From positions 1,216,001 through 1,280,000 of the forward strand of contig CAWCKH010000004.1 in the NCBI GenBank assembly GCA_963796055.1: a stretch of 64,000 nt of DNA. The letters run 5' to 3'. Shown here one piece after another: positions 59,564 through 64,000 of the stretch; position 1 is the stretch's first letter; each line of letters begins with the position of its first letter. Under the pieces are notes generated by a model. It had not been told where the DNA came from. It made no database searches and saw nothing but the letters and a program-made list of their open reading frames with translations. The DNA comes from an uncultured delta proteobacterium (GTDB lineage: Bacteria > Myxococcota > Myxococcia > Myxococcales > Myxococcaceae). The position numbers and the translations under genes are program-made.

Positions 59564-59620
59564 ATGCCCGAGGTCGGTCCGCCCCGAACTCCTCGCGGCG
59601 GGTAACTGGGGAGTCCTGTC

Positions 59621-60040
59621 ATGCGCCGCTCGATCCTGTTTGCATTCTTCCTTCTCGCCGCCTGTGGCGGCGGGGTCCGCAGCAGCAGCAAGTCTACCGA
59701 TGCCGCGAACCGGTCCACCGACGTGGGGGATCGCCAGGCGTTCCTGCTCACGGGACCGGCTGGGGAGGTGATCTCCGAATTCGCCCGGGTGTCCAGCCGG
59801 GACGCGCTGGACAGCTGCTTGAACGCCTGGGTCCTGGAGGCCCTCGATGAGCGGGGCCGCGAGAACGAGCCGGTCGCCAAGCCGAGTGCCGCCGGGCTCC
59901 GCAGCTTCCTCTCCGAGTGCCTGGCGAGCGCCGAGCCGGGGAACGTCAAGAGCGCGCTCACCGGGGACGCCCGTTTCGCGCCGGCCAGCGCCCGCGGGAC
60001 CGGCGTGACCGCGGGCATGATGGCCCTGCCGAACCGGTAA
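59621..60040 (+). CDS. Hypothetical lipoprotein
   Basis: GGGAG RBS; MRRSILFAFFLLAAC lipobox. Confidence 0.7.
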   Translation: MRRSILFAFFLLAACGGGVRSSSKSTDAANRSTDVGDRQAFLLTGPAGEVISEFARVSSRDALDSCLNAWVLEALDERGRENEPVAKPSAAGLRSFLSECLASAEPGNVKSALTGDARFAPASARGTGVTAGMMALPNR

Positions 60041-60085
60041 TTCCCTGCTCGCCTCCACCACCCGGTAGCATCGAGGGCCGCTTCC

Positions 60086-62380
60086 ATGGCGGCCCTTCGC
60101 GTTTCATGGCCCTGGGCCCTGGCCCTGGCGACGGCGGCGACGGCGGTGGCGCTGCTCGCCGCCCGGTTTCCAGGAATTCGCAACGCCGAGGACGCCGCCT
60201 ACGACCTCCGCCTGACCAGCTTCTCCCCGCCGCCCGTCCGCCAGAAGGACGTGGTCATCCTCGGCGTCGACGACGCCACCGTGCAGGGCCTCCGGGCCAA
60301 CGAGAGCTACGCCCGCGCCTGGGGGAACTGGCCCTACGCCCGTTCGCTCTGGGCGCGGGTGTTGACCTACCTCGACGCCATGGGCGCACGCGCGGTGGTG
60401 CTCGACTTCACGATGGACGAGCGGAGCACCGACCGCGGCCAGGACGCGCTGCTCCGGGAAGCCATCGCCCAGCTGCACATCCCGGTCGCGCTCGGCTACG
60501 CCGTCAACGTCCCTTCGCAGAACGGAGAGCCGCTGCCTGCTGTGAAGGCCCCGAACTGGACCGTGCAATCCCGTGCACCGCGCGCCCGGGTGAAGTCCGA
60601 CGACCCGTTCGCCCCACCCGAGGGCACCGAGGCCTCCCCGACCCCCGAGCTGGTGGCGACGGTGCTGGCCTTTCCGGTGCGCTCCGAGCGTCCCTTGTCG
60701 GACCTCTCGGTGGACCTGCCCGGCGCTCCCCGGACGATGCGCCACCCGGTGCCGCCGGTGGGCCCGCTGCTCGACGTGGTGCCCGCCCTCGGGCTGGTCT
60801 ACCCGGAGCCCGACCCGGACGGGAAGCTGCGCCGCACCCGCTTCGCCTACACCGACGGGACCAACGACTACGTCACCATCGCGGTGGCGCTGGCCGCGGA
60901 CCTGCTCGGGGCAGATGCCCTGGTGCTCTCACCGGGGAAGCTGACGCTCGGGCGGCGCACCCTGGCCATCGACGACGACGGGAGCGCCGCGCTCGACTAC
61001 GGCGGGACCCTCGGAGAGCGCTTCGACGCCCGCAGCCTCCTGGCGGTGGTGGACGACTCGGTCCGCCGCGAGCACGGCGAGACGCCTCACCTCGGGCCTG
61101 ACTTCTTCCAGGGCAAGGTGGTGCTCATCGCCGGCTTTGCCGTGGGCACCTTCGACATGAAGGCCACGCCGTTCGACAGCGCGACGGTGGGAGTGGCGAA
61201 GCCCGCCACCGAGCTGGCCGCACTGCTCGGCGGCCGGTTCATCACCCGGGCGCCCTCCGCGCTCACCGCCGTGCTCGCCTTCCTGGTCGCGCTCGGCTCG
61301 GCGCTGCTCCTCCTCGGCACCCGCAACGTCTGGGTCGAGGGCCTCTGGCCGCTCGCCGCGCCGGTGCTGCTGTTCCTCGCCACCGGCTGGCTCCTGGTCT
61401 GGTCCAAGGTGCACGTGGCGCTGGTGATCCCGGTGCTGGCGGTCTCCATCGCCAACCTCGCCGCGGTGGCGATGAACCACCTCTACGCCGACCGCGAGCG
61501 CGCGCGGGTGAAGGCGATGTTCGGCCGCTACCTGTCGCCTCAGGTCGTCGAGCAGCTGGTCGCCCAGCCCGAGCTGCCGCGGCTGGCCGGCGAGCAGCTC
61601 GAGGTGACCGCCTTCTTCTCCGACATCAAGGGGTTCAGCACCTTCAGCGAGCGCTTCGCCCAGGACCCGCGGGGGCTGGTCCGGGTGCTGAACACCTACC
61701 TCACCCGGGTGAGCGGAGTGCTGCTGCAGCACGGGGCCTGTCTGGACAAGTACATCGGCGACGCGGTGGTGTGCATCTTCGGGGCGCCGCTCCGCATGGA
61801 GGACCATGCGCTCCGGGCCTGCGCCGCGGCGCTCGACGTCCAGGCAGAGGTGGAGCGCATCCGCACCGAGTTCGTCGCCCAGGGCCTCCCGGACGTCTAC
61901 ACCCGCGTCGGCCTCAACACCGCGGTGATGTTCGTCGGCAACTTCGGCAGCGAGCAGCTCTTCAACTACACCGCGATGGGCGACGGGATGAACCTCGCCT
62001 CCCGGCTCGAGGGAGCCAACAAGCCGTACGGCTCGCGCATCCTCATTGGCCCGCGGACTCAGGCGCTGGTGTCGCATGCCTTCGAGACCCGCGAGCTGGA
62101 CCGGGTCCGCGTGGCCGGCAAGCACGAGGCGGTCGCCATCCACGAGCTGCTCTCCCGGAAGGGCGCGCTCTCGCCACGGAAGCAGGAGGTCTGCGCCCTG
62201 TATGCCGAGGGGCTCGCGCTCTGGCGCGGCGCCCGCTTCGCCGAGGCGCGTGCCGTCTTCGCCCGCGCAGTCGCCGCGGACCCGGAAGACGCGCCTTCCC
62301 GGGCGCTGCTGGCGCGGTGCGACAGGCATGTGACGGCGCCCCCTCCGGCCTTCGATGGAGTCGTCGACCTGGACAAGTAG
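60086..62380 (+). CDS. CHASE2-domain class III adenylate/guanylate cyclase
   Basis: VVILGVDD, WPYAR, DPDGKLRR (CHASE2); 3 TMs; FSDIKGFST, DKYIGD, YTAMGDGMNLASRLE; TPR-like tail. Confidence 0.92.
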   Translation: MAALRVSWPWALALATAATAVALLAARFPGIRNAEDAAYDLRLTSFSPPPVRQKDVVILGVDDATVQGLRANESYARAWGNWPYARSLWARVLTYLDAMGARAVVLDFTMDERSTDRGQDALLREAIAQLHIPVALGYAVNVPSQNGEPLPAVKAPNWTVQSRAPRARVKSDDPFAPPEGTEASPTPELVATVLAFPVRSERPLSDLSVDLPGAPRTMRHPVPPVGPLLDVVPALGLVYPEPDPDGKLRRTRFAYTDGTNDYVTIAVALAADLLGADALVLSPGKLTLGRRTLAIDDDGSAALDYGGTLGERFDARSLLAVVDDSVRREHGETPHLGPDFFQGKVVLIAGFAVGTFDMKATPFDSATVGVAKPATELAALLGGRFITRAPSALTAVLAFLVALGSALLLLGTRNVWVEGLWPLAAPVLLFLATGWLLVWSKVHVALVIPVLAVSIANLAAVAMNHLYADRERARVKAMFGRYLSPQVVEQLVAQPELPRLAGEQLEVTAFFSDIKGFSTFSERFAQDPRGLVRVLNTYLTRVSGVLLQHGACLDKYIGDAVVCIFGAPLRMEDHALRACAAALDVQAEVERIRTEFVAQGLPDVYTRVGLNTAVMFVGNFGSEQLFNYTAMGDGMNLASRLEGANKPYGSRILIGPRTQALVSHAFETRELDRVRVAGKHEAVAIHELLSRKGALSPRKQEVCALYAEGLALWRGARFAEARAVFARAVAADPEDAPSRALLARCDRHVTAPPPAFDGVVDLDK

Positions 62381-62407
62381 ACTGACCCGACGCCGGAGGG
62401 TGTTCCG

Positions 62408-62932
62408 ATGCGACAGTCAGCACTGGTGCTCGCGCTCGTCCTGGGGGCCGGCGCGGCGTGGGCGCTCGTCCCGGGAGACCGGGTCTTCGTTCGCGGCCGT
62501 GACGTGGCCGTGCTCCAGAGCACCGCTGCCAGCGCGGTGACCCTGGCCAAGCTCCAGCCGGGCGACGCGGTGGTCTGGCGCGGCGCGGACAGGAAGAAGC
62601 CCACCTGGCACAAGGTGGAGGCGAACGGGAAGAGCGGTTTCGTTTACTTCGCGAACCTCTCCACCACTCCGCCCGCCTCCGAGCTGCTCACCTCACCCCA
62701 GGGCGCGAAGAAGGTCGACGCCCAGGCCTTCGCCAGCTCGGGCGCGGCCGGCAAGGCGCTCACCGAGGGCGCCATCCGCTACGGCAACCAGGAGGAGAAG
62801 AACAAGGGTGAGCTGCGGCCGACGATGAAGGAGGCCGTGCGACAGACCCAGACCCTGGAGGCCATCGCCGCGCAGCGCACCGACCAGGAGATCGCCGCGC
62901 AGGCGGACCGGGTCACGGGAGGGCAGCAGTGA
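62408..62932 (+). CDS. Secreted SH3b-domain protein
   Basis: Signal peptide; LAKLQPGDAV..WHKVEANGKSGFV SH3-like pattern. Confidence 0.7.
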   Translation: MRQSALVLALVLGAGAAWALVPGDRVFVRGRDVAVLQSTAASAVTLAKLQPGDAVVWRGADRKKPTWHKVEANGKSGFVYFANLSTTPPASELLTSPQGAKKVDAQAFASSGAAGKALTEGAIRYGNQEEKNKGELRPTMKEAVRQTQTLEAIAAQRTDQEIAAQADRVTGGQQ

Positions 62933-64000
62933 GGCGCGCCCTCCTCTCTCTCGGCGCTCTGGGCGTCCTGGCCTGCAGCGCTGCCGCAGGCTTCATGAAG
63001 GGCGACACCAACTCCATCGTCAGCGGGATCGCCGAGTCGACCACCACCGTGGTGGGCCTCACCCAGGACCTCTCCAAGTGCGACCAGATCGGCGCGGCCG
63101 AGGTCACCTTCGACGAGGAGCGGACCATCGGCGGCACGGTGGCGCTCAACTGGGTGCAGCAGGGCAGCGGGCTCCTGGTCGACGTGCCCACGGGCGACGC
63201 GGCCGCGCTGGGCAATCCCAAGGCGCTCGGCGTCCAGCAGACGCCCCGGAACCAGCTGCACAGGTACCTGAACGTGGTGGGGAAGAACCTCGCTTCGCGC
63301 TCCGGCCGCCCCACCCTGCAATGGACCTTCGGGGTGCTGGACTCGGAGGTGGTGAACGCGGTCTCCGCCCCCGGCGGCTACGTCTTCGTGACCCGTGGGC
63401 TGCTGAAGCGGGTGAACAACGAGGCGGCGCTGGCCGGCATCCTCTCGCACGAGATCGCCCACGTCACGCGCAAGGACGCCTTCGCCATCTACCAGAAGAC
63501 CAAGGTCGACCAGTGCAAGAGCCTGGCGTACGCCAAGGCCGGGCAGAAGGAGGGCGCGGCGGTGCTGCGCACCTACTCGCCCGGGTTCATCAACCAGGCC
63601 TACTCCGCGCTGCAGGCCTTCAGCGGAGGAGCACTGGACCTGAACGCCGCGGCGAACAACGCGCTCCTGACCCTGTTCAGCGACGAGTTCGTCCACCGCT
63701 ACCTCGAGGGCGGCTATGCGCGCGACCAGGAGATGCAGGCCGATGCGACCGGCCTCGAGCTGGCGGTGGCCTCGGGCTACAGCCCGCGCGGCTTCGTGGA
63801 CTTCATCGGGGCGCTCCCTGCCGGACAGAACTTCTTCGCCCACCACCCGCCACCGAGTGACCGGGTGGCCTCGATGAAGCTGCTGCTGGGGAAGACGCGG
63901 CTGGCGAGCGCGACCTCCAGCCCGACGGGCTCACCCTTCTCGCCCTTCAGCCAGGACATGTCGCACCTGCCGCTGGTGCCCCTGCGGGACGAGCTGGCCG
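62929..64000 (+). CDS. M48-family metallopeptidase lipoprotein; 3' end runs off the window
   Basis: Translated by hand: VLAC lipobox, YLNVVG, VNAVSAPGGYVFVTRG, LAGILSHEIAH, QEMQAD, HPP; GTGA-coupled to the SH3 gene. Confidence 0.9.
   Translation, partial: MRRALLSLGALGVLACSAAAGFMKGDTNSIVSGIAESTTTVVGLTQDLSKCDQIGAAEVTFDEERTIGGTVALNWVQQGSGLLVDVPTGDAAALGNPKALGVQQTPRNQLHRYLNVVGKNLASRSGRPTLQWTFGVLDSEVVNAVSAPGGYVFVTRGLLKRVNNEAALAGILSHEIAHVTRKDAFAIYQKTKVDQCKSLAYAKAGQKEGAAVLRTYSPGFINQAYSALQAFSGGALDLNAAANNALLTLFSDEFVHRYLEGGYARDQEMQADATGLELAVASGYSPRGFVDFIGALPAGQNFFAHHPPPSDRVASMKLLLGKTRLASATSSPTGSPFSPFSQDMSHLPLVPLRDELA

Overview
High-GC bacterial chromosomal window with Myxococcota-like gene content; taxonomy is inferred, not proven. 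An accessory-looking block at about 1.9-23 kb lies between an LpoA/LppC-like lipoprotein gene and dnaJ. It holds an orphan Phd-type antitoxin, a PhoX-like remnant, a secreted beta-helix protein, an RND pump, AmmeMemoRadiSam S+B genes, a hoxEFUYH+protease NAD-linked [NiFe]-hydrogenase operon (hoxH has a 1-nt frameshift), and several sigma54-type promoter motifs. It also carries two tandem copies of a LytS-type kinase translationally coupled to a His-less, ATPase-less membrane 'pseudo-kinase', arranged around one LytTR regulator. The centre holds a compact sterol locus: squalene epoxidase, squalene synthase and an oxidosqualene cyclase with cycloartenol-synthase residues, linked to an MMPL transporter and a GT21-like glycosyltransferase. 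Just upstream are a candidate structured RNA and a truncated diheme cytochrome gene. The right half contains tandem M3 peptidases, a diheme oxidoreductase, RapA, an ABC1 kinase, a DprE1/DprE2-like pair, a divergent H+-PPase, RNase Z and a CHASE2 adenylate cyclase/SH3/M48 peptidase triad. I saw no rRNA, tRNA, CRISPR array, transposase or integrase. The best candidates for undescribed biology are the sterol-glycosylation/export locus and the duplicated kinase/pseudo-kinase LytTR system. All family calls come from motif recognition by eye; no database searches were run.
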